Sequence record: MZ617140.1
Strand: one strand, 5' to 3'
Length of the DNA: 411 bases
Origin: a phage
Below the pieces are notes generated by a model that saw only the letters and a program-made list of their open reading frames with translations, did no database searches and was not told the DNA's origin. Both the position numbers and the translations under genes were made by a program. Below, one piece after another: positions 1 through 411 of this stretch (position 1 is the first letter of the stretch; each line of letters opens with the position of its first letter).

Positions 1-8
1 AGCAGTGA

Positions 9-411
9 TACATTGATGGTCTGCTGACTGCCGATGTGATGATTTTCGACATTGAAGACGCGATGAACCACTATGACGTGGCTGGCGAATACTCCAATCA
101 GTTGGGTGAAGCTCTGGCTATCGCTGCTGATGGTGCGGTTCTGGCTGAAATGGCTCTCCTGTGTAACCTCCCGGCTGCATCCAACGAGAACATTGCCGGT
201 CTGGGCACTGCGTCAGTGCTTGAAGTTGGTACTAAAGCCGACCTGAACACTCCGGCTAAGCTGGGTGAAGCAATCATCGGCCAACTGACCATTGCTCGTG
301 CGAAGCTGACCTCCAACTACGTTCCTGCTGGCGACCGTTACTTCTACACCACGCCGGACAACTACTCTGCAATCCTCGCGGCTCTAATGCCCAACGCCGC
401 CAACTACGCGA
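9..411 (+). CDS. 10: Major capsid protein, T7 gp10-like (HK97-fold); internal fragment that runs past the 3' edge of the window, with its 5' continuity broken by stops at 6-8 (frame 3) and 14-16 (frame 2)
   Basis: Seen in sequence: + frame 3 has TGA at 6-8 and is then open from 9 to 410 (134 codons), translating YIDGLLTADVMIFDIEDAMNHYDVAGEYSNQLGEALAIAADGAVLAEMALLCNLPAASNENIAGLGTASVLEVGTKADLNTPAKLGEAIIGQLTIARAKLTSNYVPAGDRYFYTTPDNYSAILAALMPNAANYA. Established knowledge, from memory and not a database search: this aligns with T7 gp10 ...TIDGLLTADVLIYDIEDAMNHYDVRSEYTSQLGESLAMAADGAVLAEIAGLCNVESKYNENIEGLGTATVIE...KEIIAALTKARAALTKNYVPAADRVFYCDPDSYSAILAALMPNAANYA with a single 1-residue gap, and long identical blocks (IDGLLTADV, DIEDAMNHYDV, AADGAVLAE, YSAILAALMPNAANYA). 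No start codon with a ribosome-binding site lies inside the window, as expected for an internal gene fragment. Confidence 0.93.

Noticed and set aside
6-8. In-frame TGA read as a sense codon (stop-codon reassignment or programmed readthrough)
   Set aside because: Stop recoding is known in some large phages but not in T7-like phages. The frame 3 residues on either side of the TGA (Q-*-Y) fit the T7 residues less well than the frame 2 reading (A-V-I), so an indel or frameshift explains the data better. It cannot be excluded without upstream sequence.
39-50. T-run (gattttcgac) as a possible programmed frameshift slippery site, by analogy with the T7 10A/10B frameshift
   Set aside because: The known T7 10A/10B -1 frameshift is near the 3' end of gene 10, well downstream of this window. 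This T-run simply encodes the conserved Ile-Phe pair (T7 has Ile-Tyr) and does not form a canonical X-XXY-YYZ heptamer in the coding frame. The -1 frame hits a stop almost immediately.
98-316. Supplied minus-strand ORF of 72 aa (MEVSFARAMVSWPM...)
   Set aside because: It lies entirely antisense within the well-supported capsid coding frame. It is a stop-to-stop frame whose first codon is TTG (+ strand caa at 314-316), not ATG, and it has no recognisable ribosome-binding site. Its Ala/Ser/Arg/Pro-rich composition is what the reverse complement of a codon-biased gene gives by chance. No known antisense gene lies inside T7-like capsid genes.
312-410. Three copies of AACTAC, including a 9-nt direct repeat CCAACTACG at 313-321 and 401-409
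   Set aside because: Each copy encodes an Asn-Tyr dipeptide (SNYV, DNYS, ANYA) with the preferred codons, so the repeat follows from protein sequence plus codon bias. It is too short and in-frame to suggest a recombination or regulatory element.
1-411. Search for T7-type promoters, a rho-independent terminator, tRNA/ncRNA, CRISPR repeats or mobile-element ends
   Set aside because: There is no match to the conserved T7-like promoter core (TAATACGACTCACTATAG-type), no GC-rich hairpin followed by a T-tract, and no repeat-spacer periodicity. The window is entirely intragenic coding sequence.

Overview
The whole window is an internal piece of one + strand gene: a homolog of the bacteriophage T7 major capsid protein (gene 10 product, HK97-fold). 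Read in + frame 3 from position 9, it is open to the window's end and aligns colinearly with T7 gp10 (as I recall that sequence) from about ...ITIDGLLTADV... to ...SAILAALMPNAANYA, at roughly 65-75% identity by eye. It therefore belongs to a T7-like podophage (Autographiviridae-type) that is related to, but not the same as, T7; I cannot name the phage without a database search. Codon choice is strongly biased in the way seen for highly expressed enterobacterial genes. The one unusual point is at the 5' edge: all three forward frames hit a stop within positions 6-27, so the capsid frame is not continuous across the start of the window. I see no promoter, terminator, RNA gene, mobile element, CRISPR array or novel multi-gene system here. 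The supplied minus-strand ORF is an antisense artefact.
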